From Gammaproteobacteria bacterium (GTDB lineage Bacteria > Pseudomonadota > Gammaproteobacteria > SZUA-229), in NCBI GenBank assembly GCA_015488295.1, contig WFOC01000079.1, positions 39,009 through 103,008 of the forward strand: DNA of 64,000 bases, written 5' to 3'. Both the position numbers and the translations under genes were made by a program. Every line of letters starts with the position of its first letter. Positions within the stretch are counted from its first letter, which is position 1. This document shows, piece after piece, positions 47,363 through 58,056 of the stretch. A model generated the notes under the pieces. The model saw nothing but the letters and a program-made list of their open reading frames with translations, did not search any database and was not told the origin of the DNA.

Positions 47363-48313
47363 TCAATTCGCAAAAACCTGCTTGATAACCGCAATACGAT
47401 CAAGCGCCGAAGCGGTCAGTTTTTGTGCAACCAGCATAATCGCCTCATCTACCGTGCTTTCCACAACGGAATCATAAAAAGCAAAGCTACGATCACAACT
47501 CGACCACAGACGTTTTATTTCTGAATCAAGATCCCGGGCCTGCTTGTCCAGCTCGGTATTGTACGACTCGAACTGTTTGAGCATGTTGACAGTGTCCTGG
47601 CTGGCAACCGGCTCCTCGCCCAGCATTTCTTCATGGCTGTCAATCTGTTGTTGCGTGCTTTCAATTAACGATTTCACCGCAGATGCAACGTCCGCTTCCA
47701 GCGAACCGCTTTCAACCAGCTTGTTCATGGCGCGCAGCAGGTAACGGTCGATATAAACAGCCACCGTTAACAGGTCACTTTCATTGTGTATCATCCGTGC
47801 CTCAAGAACTGACTCAACACGATTATTATCGCGCTCGGCATGATAGGCACGCCGCCGCTCTGCCCTCAGCAGGGCCGCATGCCCCAACTCTTCTCGCGCT
47901 AATACTTCAGCATATTTACACACCGCCTCATTTTCTGATTCGGCAGCCACATGCGTATAAAAATGAAAAGCAATTTCTTCATTATGCACAGCAAAAGCAA
48001 GCGCCCGATAAGGTGAGCTCTGGTAAGGGTCGCGAGCCTCTTCATCATAGGTGGTCGAGATATTGGGATCACGCCATTTAACCGGAGCAATATCGGGGTT
48101 CTCTTCAATACCTTCCTGCGCCATCCATTCCTGCAACAGGCGTTCATGCTCCTCTTCTTCTGCTACCATGCGTTCAAACAACGCAGCTGCTGATTCATTT
48201 TTAGCTTCACGCATCTTCACTGTCAGTTCAGAATACCGTCGAATAGCTTCGCGCTCTGCCTGTAAAGCAATAGACATCAAGTCGCTTGTGGTTTTTACAT
48301 TGATTGAAAACAC
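47363..48313 (-). CDS. Rubrerythrin/ferritin-like diiron domain protein with C-terminal paralogous helical domain
   Basis: Two E...ExxH pairs (EAIRRYSE/EEEEHERL and NEEIAFHFY/REELGHAAL) typical of a diiron four-helix bundle, then the VYIDRY...CDRSFAFYD domain. Confidence 0.55.
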   Translation of the reverse strand: MFSINVKTTSDLMSIALQAEREAIRRYSELTVKMREAKNESAAALFERMVAEEEEHERLLQEWMAQEGIEENPDIAPVKWRDPNISTTYDEEARDPYQSSPYRALAFAVHNEEIAFHFYTHVAAESENEAVCKYAEVLAREELGHAALLRAERRRAYHAERDNNRVESVLEARMIHNESDLLTVAVYIDRYLLRAMNKLVESGSLEADVASAVKSLIESTQQQIDSHEEMLGEEPVASQDTVNMLKQFESYNTELDKQARDLDSEIKRLWSSCDRSFAFYDSVVESTVDEAIMLVAQKLTASALDRIAVIKQVFAN

Positions 48314-48372
48314 GTTTTCCTCTACCTCAATTTAAGTGAAACCTATTATTTATTCATTAACTTAATTCTTGT

Positions 48373-48386
48373 TTGATATGAATCAA
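48373..48386. promoter_or_regulatory. Perfect FNR consensus box TTGATATGAATCAA in the divergent rubrerythrin-like/nosR intergenic region
   Basis: Exact TTGAT-N4-ATCAA palindrome, about 140 bp upstream of the nosR start and about 65 bp from the divergent gene start. Confidence 0.5.
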
Positions 48387-48521
48387 GTGATGCATGTCAT
48401 ATAACACACATAATTGCGCCATATGACACGCCGTAGTACTATGGCTTGGTCTAACGCTCTGCGATATCGAAAACGCCGTTGCGTTAAATACATATTCAAC
48501 CAGAAACGATACCTTTATTGT

Positions 48522-50699
48522 ATGAATTATCGCAGTTTTTTACGAATTCTTTTCTTTCTTCTGTTATCCCAATATTTACTGGTCAGCACCGCACACGCGG
48601 ACTCCGAGCTTCCGCGCTTTCTTGAAGCGGTTGATGTACAGGAAATCTATCCTGGTGCTGACAAAATTGGTTCTATAGAAGGTGACCCGGCTATCGCTCC
48701 CGTTTTCAAACAGGGCGAACAGGTCGGTTATGTTTTTCTGACTTCAGATTACGTTAACACCACTGGTTACTCCGGCAAGCCTATTCACCAGCTGGTATCC
48801 ATTAACAACGATGGTGTCATACAAAAAGCCCTGCTGGTTGAACACCACGAGCCGATTGTACTGATCGGTATTCCGGAAAGTCGCATCACGGCTATTCTTG
48901 AAGATTACGAAGGCATGGATGTTGGCAAGCTGGTCGCCGGCACGCTTGATCATGATGTTGATATTGTCACCGGTGCTACTGTTACCGTAATGGTAATGGA
49001 TGACAACATTCTGCACAGCGCCATCAAGGTCGCTCGCAACTACGGCCTGGCCGGACTCAAGCCCGAGCAGAAAGAAACCGGCCCTGTCGCTTCAATAAAT
49101 CCTGACATCAATAACGTCGAGGACTGGACATCACTGGTCAGAGAAGGCTCCGTACGCCGCCTGAAACTCACGGTAAGGCAGATCAACAACGCCTATGATC
49201 AGGTAGATGACTTTCGTGCCACTGATTTTGCCGAACAGGGCGACCCCGATGATGTTTTCGTTGAGGTTTATGCCGCTGTTGTTTCCATCCCCAGCATCGG
49301 TCGCAGCCTGCTCGGTGAAAGCGAATATAAAAACCTGCTGAAAAAACTGCAACCCGGTGAAGCCGCTATTTTGCTGGCCGGCGGTGGTCGCTTTTCGTTT
49401 AAAGGTTCAGGTTATGTACGCGGCGGCATCTTTGATCGCTTTCAGGTAATACAGGGCGACACAGCCATTCGCTTTCACGACCGCGACCACAAACGGCTAC
49501 GCCACATCGCCGCTGCCGGCGCACCGGAATTCAAGAACGTCGACCTGTTTCGTACACCGGCCAATATGAATTTTAATCCTGCCGAACCGTGGAAACTGGA
49601 GCTGCTGGTCGGTCGTGATGTTGGTCCCACAGAAAAATTATTTCTGACCTTCGATCTGAATTACAAAACGCCATCCAAATACCTGATATTCACTGAGCCT
49701 GACACCAGTGATGCTGAGGCAAAAGAAAAAGCCGAACCATTCTGGAAAAAAATGTGGCAACTGAAGGTTCCGGAAATTGCCGTACTCGGCATCGCCCTGC
49801 TCGTTCTGACACTGATCTTTTTCTTCCAGGACTGGCTGGTAAAACGTCCGGTGCTTACCTCACGGGTGCGCACGGTATACCTCATCTTCACTCTGGTGGT
49901 TATCGGCTGGTACTTTAATGCGCAGCTGTCGGTGGTTAATATCCTGGCCATGTTCAACGCGCTGGTCAGTGGTTTTGACTGGGGCTACTTCCTCATGGAG
50001 CCGCTGATATTTATCCTCTGGGGTTCGGTTGCTGCAGCACTGTTGTTCTGGGGACGCGGCCCGTATTGTGGCTGGTTATGTCCGTTTGGAGCCTTACAGG
50101 AGCTGATCAACAAGGTCGCAAAATCCTTCAAGATCAAACAGGTTGTCGTACCATGGTTCATTCACGAACGCGTCTGGACCTTCAAGTATCTAATCTTCCT
50201 GGCGCTGTTCGGGGTTTCGCTGTACTCACTGGGACTGGCAGAACAACTGGCTGAAGTCGAGCCATTTAAAACCGCCATCATCCTAAAGTTTGTACGCGAC
50301 TGGCCGTATGTATTGTTCGCGATAGCCATGTTAATTCCGGGCATTTTTATCGAACGCTTCTACTGCCGTTACTTATGCCCCATGGGCGCGGCACTGGCGA
50401 TTCCAGGCAAGCTGCGCATGTTCTCCTGGCTGAAGCGCTACAAAGAGTGTGGTTCACCCTGCCAGCGTTGCGCAAACGAATGTATGGTGCAGGCGATTCA
50501 TCCCGAGGGCAATATTAATGTCAACGAGTGCCTGTATTGTCTGCACTGCCAGGTGGTCTATGTTGATGACCATGCCTGTCCTGTGATGATACAGAAGCGC
50601 CTGAAAAAAGAACGACACACGGTCCGCAAAAATGCAGTGAACAAACATGCATCAACAATTGCGATGACCATAGAAAAGAATAAATCTGAGGCTGAATAG
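48522..50699 (+). CDS. nosR: Nitrous oxide reductase expression regulator NosR (FMN-binding membrane ferredoxin)
   Basis: Signal peptide and a periplasmic FMN-binding domain with flavinylation-site motif VDIVTGATVTVM. Six TM helices. C-terminal CPFGALQE and CRYLCPMGAAL plus ferredoxin-like Cys motifs. The listed ORF extends upstream to 48414. Confidence 0.85.
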   Translation: MNYRSFLRILFFLLLSQYLLVSTAHADSELPRFLEAVDVQEIYPGADKIGSIEGDPAIAPVFKQGEQVGYVFLTSDYVNTTGYSGKPIHQLVSINNDGVIQKALLVEHHEPIVLIGIPESRITAILEDYEGMDVGKLVAGTLDHDVDIVTGATVTVMVMDDNILHSAIKVARNYGLAGLKPEQKETGPVASINPDINNVEDWTSLVREGSVRRLKLTVRQINNAYDQVDDFRATDFAEQGDPDDVFVEVYAAVVSIPSIGRSLLGESEYKNLLKKLQPGEAAILLAGGGRFSFKGSGYVRGGIFDRFQVIQGDTAIRFHDRDHKRLRHIAAAGAPEFKNVDLFRTPANMNFNPAEPWKLELLVGRDVGPTEKLFLTFDLNYKTPSKYLIFTEPDTSDAEAKEKAEPFWKKMWQLKVPEIAVLGIALLVLTLIFFFQDWLVKRPVLTSRVRTVYLIFTLVVIGWYFNAQLSVVNILAMFNALVSGFDWGYFLMEPLIFILWGSVAAALLFWGRGPYCGWLCPFGALQELINKVAKSFKIKQVVVPWFIHERVWTFKYLIFLALFGVSLYSLGLAEQLAEVEPFKTAIILKFVRDWPYVLFAIAMLIPGIFIERFYCRYLCPMGAALAIPGKLRMFSWLKRYKECGSPCQRCANECMVQAIHPEGNINVNECLYCLHCQVVYVDDHACPVMIQKRLKKERHTVRKNAVNKHASTIAMTIEKNKSEAE

Positions 50700-50809
50700 A
50701 TTTTTAGTAAGTAACACCCCTTACCGGTTTTAGGATGGAGGGTTGCCGGAACAAGGGTTAATTAAATCTGCTTGCATAACGCGGGCACAATAACAAAGAG
50801 GAATCCAAT

Positions 50810-52735
50810 ATGGGTAACGAAAACGATAACAATGAAAATAAAGGTTTGACCCGACGAGCATTGCTCGGTGGTTCGGTCAAATTAACAGCCATGGCCGGCG
50901 TGGCCGGTGCAACAGGTCTGGTAGGCCTTGCCGGCATGACTCCAAAAGCTGCTATTGCAGCGTCGAAGCACAAGTACGAAGTAGCTCCCGGTGATCTAGA
51001 TGAGTACTACGGCTTCTGGAGTAGTGGTCAGGCGGGTGAGCTACGAATTCTGGGCATGCCGTCCATGCGTGAATTAATGCGCATACCGGTATTCAACCGC
51101 TGTAGTGCTTCAGGTTGGGGCTCTACCAACGAAAGCCGCAAGATCATGCGCGAGAAAATGCTGCCAGAAACCAAGAAATATCTGGATTCTAACGGCCGCT
51201 CTGGTATATGGGAAAATGGTGACTTACACCATCCTCACATGTCTTTCACCGACGGTACTTATGACGGTCGTTATGTCTTCGTCAACGACAAGGCCAACAC
51301 CCGTGTTGCTCGTATACGTTGTGACGTGATGAAGTGTGACAAGATTCTCGAAATTCCAAATGCCGCTGACATTCACGGTCTGCGCCCACAGAAATACCCG
51401 CGCACCGGTTACGTATTCGCCAACGGTGAGCACCGTGTGCCAATCCCTAATGACGGCAGCATTCTGGATCAACCTGAAAAATACCACGCTATCTTCACCG
51501 CTGTCGACGGCGATACCATGGAAGTTGCATGGCAGGTAATGGTCGACGGTAACCTGGATAACACCGATGCTGACTACCAGGGTCTGTACGCATTCTCTAC
51601 CTGTTACAACAGTGAAGAAGGCACCAACCTGAGCGAAATGATCGCCGACGAACGTGACTGGGCTGTCGTATTCGACATTAAAGCCATTGAAGCAGGCGTG
51701 AAAGCCGGTGACTTCGAGCGAATCAACGGCGTGCCCGTTCTGGACGGTCGTCACGGTTCAAAATACACCCGTTACATTCCTGTGCCAAACAGCCCACACG
51801 GTTGTAACACAGCACCTGACGGCATCCACGTTATGTTCGCCGGTAAACTGTCACCAACCGTGACCGTAATCGACGTACGTAAACTGCCTGACCTGTTCAA
51901 CGACAAGATCAAACCACGTGACTGTGTCGTTGCAGAACCTGAGCTGGGTCTGGGTCCACTGCACACCGCATTTGATAACAAGGGCAACGCCTACACTACC
52001 CTGTTCCTGGACAGCCAGGCAGTGAAGTGGAACATTCAAAAAGCGATTGATGCATACAACGGCAAGAAAGTTAATCCGATTCTGCACAAGATCGACGTGC
52101 ATTATCAGCCGGGTCACAACCATACTTCCATGGGTGAAACCAAAGAAGCTGATGGCAAGTGGCTGGTATCACTCAACAAGTTCTCTAAAGACCGCTTCAT
52201 TAACGTTGGTCCATTGAAACCTGAGAACGAGCAGTTGATCGACATCAGCGGCGAAAAGATGAACCTGGTACACGACGGCCCGACTTATGCCGAGCCACAC
52301 GATATCTGTATCGTTCGTGCCGACATCGTCAACCCTTCTTCAGTGTGGACCAAAGGTGATTCTTTCTGGGAAGAAACCAGCGCACAGGCGAAGAAAGACG
52401 GTATCGACCTGGGTGTTGATTCGAAGATCATTCGAGACGGCAACAAGGTTCGCGTTTACATGTGGTCTATCGCACCAAACTTCAGCATGGAGAAATTCAC
52501 TGTGAAGCAAGGTGATGAAGTAACCATCATCGTCAGCAACAGCGATGCCATCGACGATCTGACCCACGGCTTCACCATGGCAAACTACGGTGTAGCAATG
52601 GAGATTGGTCCACAGGCAACTTCTTCGATCACCTTCACAGCTGATCGTCCAGGGGTTCACTGGTTCTACTGCCAGTGGTTCTGTCATGCACTGCACATGG
52701 AAATGCGTGGCCGTATGCTGGTTGAGCCAGCATAG
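50810..52735 (+). CDS. nosZ: Nitrous oxide reductase NosZ (Tat-dependent, typical clade I)
   Basis: Tat signal [11 protein letters not shown]. CuA site HGFTM...[12 protein letters not shown] at the C-terminus. Confidence 0.95.
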   Translation: MGNENDNNENKGLTRRALLGGSVKLTAMAGVAGATGLVGLAGMTPKAAIAASKHKYEVAPGDLDEYYGFWSSGQAGELRILGMPSMRELMRIPVFNRCSASGWGSTNESRKIMREKMLPETKKYLDSNGRSGIWENGDLHHPHMSFTDGTYDGRYVFVNDKANTRVARIRCDVMKCDKILEIPNAADIHGLRPQKYPRTGYVFANGEHRVPIPNDGSILDQPEKYHAIFTAVDGDTMEVAWQVMVDGNLDNTDADYQGLYAFSTCYNSEEGTNLSEMIADERDWAVVFDIKAIEAGVKAGDFERINGVPVLDGRHGSKYTRYIPVPNSPHGCNTAPDGIHVMFAGKLSPTVTVIDVRKLPDLFNDKIKPRDCVVAEPELGLGPLHTAFDNKGNAYTTLFLDSQAVKWNIQKAIDAYNGKKVNPILHKIDVHYQPGHNHTSMGETKEADGKWLVSLNKFSKDRFINVGPLKPENEQLIDISGEKMNLVHDGPTYAEPHDICIVRADIVNPSSVWTKGDSFWEETSAQAKKDGIDLGVDSKIIRDGNKVRVYMWSIAPNFSMEKFTVKQGDEVTIIVSNSDAIDDLTHGFTMANYGVAMEIGPQATSSITFTADRPGVHWFYCQWFCHALHMEMRGRMLVEPA

Positions 52736-54101
52736 TCACTTGACGCATAAGCAACATGGATATGGTTCGTCAGTCAGCTCAACGTTAAAGCGTGAGCTGG
52801 CCGGCGGGCCGTTGTTTTTTTTATTTTTTGCATTTTTATTTTTTTTCTCTTTTTCACTTCACGCAAAACAATGGCAGGTCAGCCCCGGTAACGGCACGCT
52901 GCAAAAAGCCATCGATTCTGCACAGCCCGGAGACACACTGCAACTGGTTTCAGGCAGGTATTTCGGCTCAATCAATATCAACAAACGCCTGACCCTTCTG
53001 GGTGTCGGCACAAACATCAACAGTGGCACCGGCAGCGTCATCGACGGCGAGAACACATCACACGTCATCACCGTCTCAGCGCCCGATGTCATTATTAAAG
53101 GCTTGAACATCCAGCATTCTGGCACGGTTCTGGAAGATGAGGACAGCGGCATTTTTATCACCAAAAAAGGTGACCGCGCTGTTATCGAAGCCAATTTTCT
53201 TGAATTTAACCAGATCGGTGTTTATCTAAAAGGCCCCAACGATGCCGTGGTCAGCAACAACACCATCATCGGCAGTCAGTTCCACCGCATCAATGATCGC
53301 GGCAACGCCGTCTACCTGTGGAATTCCCCCGGCTCGGTGATTAAAAACAACACCCTGCGCTACGGCCGCGACGGCATCTTCGTCAACGGCAGCCGCGACA
53401 ACACCTTTATCGGCAACCACATGTCCGACCTGCGTTTTGCCATACACTATATGTATGCACACGACAGCGAAGTCAGCGATAATATCTCGATCAACAATCA
53501 CGTCGGCTTTGCACTGATGTTTTCAGACCGCATCACCGTTAACAATAACCTGTCGTCTGGCGATGACAAACGCGGCCTGTTTTTTAACTTTGCCAACTAT
53601 TCGCTGATTGAAGGCAACCGTGTGATCGGTTCTGAAAAGTGCGTGTTTATCTACAACGCCAACTTTAACCAGATCAACAATAACTCGTTTGAAGAATGCC
53701 AGATCGGCATCCACTTCACCGCCGGCTCGGAAAAAAATGAAATCTACGGCAATGCTTTTATCAACAACCGCACACAGGTAAAATACGTCGGCACACGCAG
53801 CATCGAGTGGTCTAAAAACGGCCGTGGTAATTTCTGGAGCGACAACATTGCTTTTGATATTAACAACGATGGCATCGCCGATCAGATCTACCAGCCCAAC
53901 GACCTGGTTGACCAGATTGTATGGCGGCACCCGCTGGCAAAACTGTTGTTGAATAGTCCGTCCGTGCAGATTTTAAAATGGGCTCAGTCAGAATTTCCCG
54001 GCCTTCACCCCGGCGGTGTTACCGACAGCGCGCCATTGATGGTACCCTTGCCCATATCCCTAACAAAAAACGGCGACATCAAACAGGTCGCTGAACTATG
54101 A
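52686..54101 (+). CDS. nosD: NosD (periplasmic parallel beta-helix Cu-processing protein); start codon uncertain
   Basis: The mature region [28 protein letters not shown] and parallel beta-helix repeats match NosD. The only in-frame ATG lies upstream within the nosZ 3' end. The Phe-rich signal peptide is encoded by T-homopolymer runs. Confidence 0.75.
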   Translation: MHCTWKCVAVCWLSQHSHLTHKQHGYGSSVSSTLKRELAGGPLFFLFFAFLFFFSFSLHAKQWQVSPGNGTLQKAIDSAQPGDTLQLVSGRYFGSININKRLTLLGVGTNINSGTGSVIDGENTSHVITVSAPDVIIKGLNIQHSGTVLEDEDSGIFITKKGDRAVIEANFLEFNQIGVYLKGPNDAVVSNNTIIGSQFHRINDRGNAVYLWNSPGSVIKNNTLRYGRDGIFVNGSRDNTFIGNHMSDLRFAIHYMYAHDSEVSDNISINNHVGFALMFSDRITVNNNLSSGDDKRGLFFNFANYSLIEGNRVIGSEKCVFIYNANFNQINNNSFEECQIGIHFTAGSEKNEIYGNAFINNRTQVKYVGTRSIEWSKNGRGNFWSDNIAFDINNDGIADQIYQPNDLVDQIVWRHPLAKLLLNSPSVQILKWAQSEFPGLHPGGVTDSAPLMVPLPISLTKNGDIKQVAEL

Positions 54102-54118
54102 AATAAACAGCTAATTTA

Positions 54119-55066
54119 ATGACAAGCAATAAAACCAACAACGTGATCTCATTGCACGCTGTCAAAAAACGCTACGGCAATGAAACCGTGGTATCCGATG
54201 TCAGCTTTGACATCCAGTCCGGTGAATGTGTGGTGCTGGTTGGCCATAATGGTGCCGGCAAGACCACGCTGATGAAACTGATGCTGGGGCTGACTCGCCC
54301 CAGCAGTGGCGAGGTCAACGTACTCGGTGCCAACCCGGCAGTAAGCAGCGCCATCGCGCAGCATAAAACCCTGGGCTATCTGCCCGAAAGCGTGGCGTTT
54401 TATGAAGCCATGACCGGCCGTGAAGTACTGGCGTTTTACGCTCGCCTGAAAGAAGCCTCAACCGTCGACTGCGACAACCTGCTCGACGTGGTCGGGCTGG
54501 CACACGCGGCAAAGCGCCGTGTCGGCACCTACTCCAAAGGCATGCGCCAACGACTTGGGCTGGCACAGGCAATGCTGGGCAACCCGCAGTTACTGTTTCT
54601 CGACGAGCCAACCACCGGCCTCGACCCCATTCTACGCCAGCAGTTTTACCAGCTGATTGATGCCCTGCACAAAGAAGGCGCGACCTCGGTGATCTCCTCA
54701 CATGCACTCAACGAAGTCGAAGCCCGTGCCAACCGTTTTATTATTATGAAGGCCGGCAACATGATCGCCAGCGGCACGCTGGATGAGCTCTACCAGCTGG
54801 CTGCACTACCGGTACGGCTGAAAGTCTCCGTCACGCCAGGACAAACAGCCAATGTCGCCGAGCGCTTGGGATCGGCAACAAACATCAGCGAGATCAACGA
54901 TCAGGTTCTGAACCTGACCTGCATCAACGGCGAAAAAATGCCGCTGATCCGCCGCATTACCGAACTTGGCGAGGTGGTCAACGACCTGCAAATTATGCCG
55001 CCCAAACTGGACGAGGTTTACAGCCACTTTATGAATAACCACCGCACAGACGGAGGCCAGCCATGA
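54119..55066 (+). CDS. nosF: ABC transporter ATP-binding protein NosF
   Basis: Walker A GHNGAGKTT, ABC signature YSKGMRQRLGLA, Walker B LLFLDEP. Confidence 0.85.
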   Translation: MTSNKTNNVISLHAVKKRYGNETVVSDVSFDIQSGECVVLVGHNGAGKTTLMKLMLGLTRPSSGEVNVLGANPAVSSAIAQHKTLGYLPESVAFYEAMTGREVLAFYARLKEASTVDCDNLLDVVGLAHAAKRRVGTYSKGMRQRLGLAQAMLGNPQLLFLDEPTTGLDPILRQQFYQLIDALHKEGATSVISSHALNEVEARANRFIIMKAGNMIASGTLDELYQLAALPVRLKVSVTPGQTANVAERLGSATNISEINDQVLNLTCINGEKMPLIRRITELGEVVNDLQIMPPKLDEVYSHFMNNHRTDGGQP

Positions 55067-55890
55067 AGATGCTATGGATACTGGCCACCAAAGAACTGCG
55101 TGATGGCCTGCGTAACCGCTGGATCGCCGCTGCCATCATCGTGCTCGGCACGCTGGCACTGGCGCTATCGCTGCTGGGCTCTGCTCCCACCGGCACGGTC
55201 AAGGCCAGCGCCATGGACATCAGCGTTATCAGCCTGGCCAGCCTCAGCGTTTACCTGATTCCACTGATCGCACTCATGCTGTCCTTTGATGCCCTGGTCG
55301 GTGAGTTCGAACGCGGCACCATGATGCTGCTGCTGACCTACCCGGTGAAACGCTGGCAGGTCATCATGGGCAAGTTTCTCGGCCATGTGCTGATTTTATT
55401 CATCGCCATCTTTGCCGGTTATGGCGGAGCCATGCTCATCCTCACCTTCGTCAACGGTGCCAGTCTCGACGGCTGGCAGGCCTATGTTTCAATGATGGCA
55501 AACTCGCTACTGCTGGGTGCGGTGTTCATCGCTCTGGGTTATCTGGTCAGCGTGCTAGTCAAGGAAAGAGCCACTGCCGCCGGTACGGCCATTGGACTCT
55601 GGCTGGTATTCGTGGTTTTATATGACCTGCTACTGTTTGGTCTGCTACTGGTCGATGAAGGCCAGGTGATCGGTCAGCAACTGTTTTCAATGTTGATGCT
55701 GATCAGCCCGACCGATACTTACCGCATTCTCAACCTGAGCATGTTTGATGGTGTTAGCCAGGCGGCCGGTATTGCCGGTATCGCCAGCGAAGCAGGTTTG
55801 AGCGGAACGTTGCTGATCAGCGTTCTACTGTTATGGATAGCCGCACCGCTGGCAGCAACGCTGCTGGTATTCCAGAAACGAGAACTATAA
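55063..55890 (+). CDS. nosY: ABC transporter permease NosY
   Basis: Six TM helices. Overlaps nosF by 4 nt in canonical nosDFY order. Confidence 0.8.
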   Translation: MKMLWILATKELRDGLRNRWIAAAIIVLGTLALALSLLGSAPTGTVKASAMDISVISLASLSVYLIPLIALMLSFDALVGEFERGTMMLLLTYPVKRWQVIMGKFLGHVLILFIAIFAGYGGAMLILTFVNGASLDGWQAYVSMMANSLLLGAVFIALGYLVSVLVKERATAAGTAIGLWLVFVVLYDLLLFGLLLVDEGQVIGQQLFSMLMLISPTDTYRILNLSMFDGVSQAAGIAGIASEAGLSGTLLISVLLLWIAAPLAATLLVFQKREL

Positions 55891-55902
55891 AAAACAAAGC
55901 CC

Positions 55903-56397
55903 ATGAATAAAATATACGCCCTGTTATTTATCATTTTACCCACTATCATTTTTTCTACCGCCTGCGAAAAAAACCAGGCGGTAGAAGCCCCGCCACCGCA
56001 AACACTGACCCGTGAAGCCACCGGTTATTATTGCCTGATGACAGTGGTTTATCATAACGGCCCCAAGGGCCAGATCATTCTTACTGACAGGGAACAACCG
56101 CTGTGGTTTACCTCGGTACGCGACACCATCGCCTTTACCCTGTCACCGGAAGAGCCCAAAAATATCGCCGCCATCTACGTCAACGACATGAGCGATGCAG
56201 ACTGGGATAACCCCGGTGAAGACAACTGGATTGATGCCCGCGATGCCTGGTACGTGCTCAACAGCAAACGTGCCGGCGGCATGGGCGCGCCCGAAGCGGT
56301 ACCTTTTTCCAGTGAGGAAAAAGCCAAAGCGTTTATCAGCGAACACGGCGGCAAGATTTTTCGCTTCAACGCCATTCCGCCGACCTACGTCAAATAA
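55903..56397 (+). CDS. nosL: Copper chaperone lipoprotein NosL
   Basis: Lipobox FSTAC, NosL-family core, terminal gene of the nos cluster. Confidence 0.8.
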   Translation: MNKIYALLFIILPTIIFSTACEKNQAVEAPPPQTLTREATGYYCLMTVVYHNGPKGQIILTDREQPLWFTSVRDTIAFTLSPEEPKNIAAIYVNDMSDADWDNPGEDNWIDARDAWYVLNSKRAGGMGAPEAVPFSSEEKAKAFISEHGGKIFRFNAIPPTYVK

Positions 56398-56404
56398 ATT
56401 ATAG

Positions 56405-56431
56405 CGTGGGCACGGGGCTTTCGTGCCCACG
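56405..56431. repeat. CGTGGGCACG hairpin (10-bp stem, 7-nt loop) with a third GCGTGGGCAC copy at 56481-56490
   Basis: CGTGGGCACG-GGGCTTT-CGTGCCCACG observed directly. Same decamer again 50 bp downstream. REP-like. Confidence 0.45.
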
Positions 56432-56514
56432 CGGGAAGGACTCAGACATGGCCACTTATTTCCCATCTTGAAACGCAGCCGCGTGGGCACAACCTCTGTG
56501 CTCACCCTGCGCAG

Positions 56515-58056
56515 TTACAAAGCGGTAAAGCCAGAATAAGATACGCCGGACAGCAACGCCATCTCGCGATGCCAGGTGGCCAGGTCGTCTTTATTGAACT
56601 TGCCAAAATCATCGTGACCACAGGCGCGCGCCATTACCTGCATCAGCTCGACAGATGCATCAAAAAAGTTATGTAGCTGCACAGCAGCTTTTTCCACATC
56701 CAGCTTCTGACGCAAATCCTGTTTTTGCGTGGCAATACCTGCCGGGCAATTGTTGGTGTTGCATATGCGAGCGGCAACACAACCAATCGCCTGCATGGCG
56801 CTGTTTGACACCGCAATACCATCAGCACCCAGTGCCAGTGCTTTGACAAAATCCACCGGTACACGCAGGCCGCCGGTAATAATCAGTGTCACCCGCCCGC
56901 TGGCTCCCTGCGCATCCAGATAACGCCGCGCACGCGCCAGCGCCGGAATGGTCGGCACACTGATGTGATCACGAAACATTTCAGGCGCAGCCCCGGTACC
57001 ACCACCACGACCATCAAGAATGATGTAATCGGCGCTGGCATCCAGCGCAAACTGAATATCTTTTTCGATATGGTTGGCGCTGAGCTTAAAGCCCACCGGA
57101 ATGCCACCGCTGATCTCACGCACACGGTCAGCAAAACGTTTGAAATCCGCCACCGTGGAAAGATCTTTAAAGGTCGGCGGCGAAACCGCCGGCGTGCCTT
57201 CAGCAAGCCCCCGCACCCGGGAAATCTTGCCGATGTTTTTGCTACCCGGCAGATGACCGCCCGTACCGGTTTTTGCGCCCTGACCACCCTTGAAATGAAA
57301 CGCCTGCACCTGCGTCAATAATTCTTCTTTATAACCAAAACCAGCGCTGGCCAGCTCATAAAAATAACGTGAGTTCGCCTGCTGTTCTTCAGGCAGCATG
57401 CCACCCTCACCGGAACAAATACCGGTACCAGAAAGCTCGGCACCACGCGCCAGTGCCAGCTTGGCTTCTTCTGACAGGGCTCCGAAACTCATGTCGGAAA
57501 CAAACAGGGGAATGTCCAGCTCCAGTGGTTTTTTTGCTTTCGGCCCGATCACCAGCTTCGTTGATACCGGATGGTCTTCCATCAGCGGTTTTGTTGCCAT
57601 CTGTGCCGCCATAATCTGCAGCTCATCCCACTGCGGTAACTCATAACGCGGCACCCCCATTGATGTCATCCGGCCGTGATGCCCCAGTTTCGATAAACCT
57701 TCACGCGCAAGCTGGTGAATATAAGTCACACTGGGCTCTTCACTGGTATCCACCGCGACCGGTAGATCAACCGTTTTCAGTTCAACGCCCGGCCCTTCTT
57801 TACCAACCTGATCATCACTGAACTGCTTATGCGCACCGTCACAAAAAGGTGTGTTCAAGGTGTGCTTGCAGGCACATAAATAAGCATCACCGTCTTCATC
57901 AGAAACAATAACCCGGGGCTTAAACGAAGTCCCCACGTGTGCACCATCACAAAAAGGCTGACTCTTTGATTTACCACAGGTGCAAAAATGATATTCCTGG
58001 CCTTTGGAAAGGCTGACCTTGACCGGTTTATTATCGGCGACAACGGGGTTACTCAT
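56515..58056 (-). CDS. Glutamate synthase-like FMN domain protein with two N-terminal CDGSH-type iron-sulfur domains
   Basis: Two C-x-C-x...CDGAH motifs (CTCGKSKSQPFCDGAHVG, CACKHTLNTPFCDGAHKQ). Then a GltS FMN-binding domain (GEGGMLPEE, GAKTGTGGHLPG, GGTGAAP). Confidence 0.8.
   Translation of the reverse strand: MSNPVVADNKPVKVSLSKGQEYHFCTCGKSKSQPFCDGAHVGTSFKPRVIVSDEDGDAYLCACKHTLNTPFCDGAHKQFSDDQVGKEGPGVELKTVDLPVAVDTSEEPSVTYIHQLAREGLSKLGHHGRMTSMGVPRYELPQWDELQIMAAQMATKPLMEDHPVSTKLVIGPKAKKPLELDIPLFVSDMSFGALSEEAKLALARGAELSGTGICSGEGGMLPEEQQANSRYFYELASAGFGYKEELLTQVQAFHFKGGQGAKTGTGGHLPGSKNIGKISRVRGLAEGTPAVSPPTFKDLSTVADFKRFADRVREISGGIPVGFKLSANHIEKDIQFALDASADYIILDGRGGGTGAAPEMFRDHISVPTIPALARARRYLDAQGASGRVTLIITGGLRVPVDFVKALALGADGIAVSNSAMQAIGCVAARICNTNNCPAGIATQKQDLRQKLDVEKAAVQLHNFFDASVELMQVMARACGHDDFGKFNKDDLATWHREMALLSGVSYSGFTAL

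Noticed and set aside
48414-48521. Upstream extension of nosR (MRHMTRRSTMAWSN...)
   Set aside because: The signal peptide begins at MNYRSF (48522). The extension is basic, non-hydrophobic and not preceded by an RBS.
52605-52685. Far-upstream ATG for nosD at 52605
   Set aside because: It would overlap 130 nt of nosZ. The nearer in-frame ATG at 52686 or a non-canonical start is more plausible, though neither is clean.
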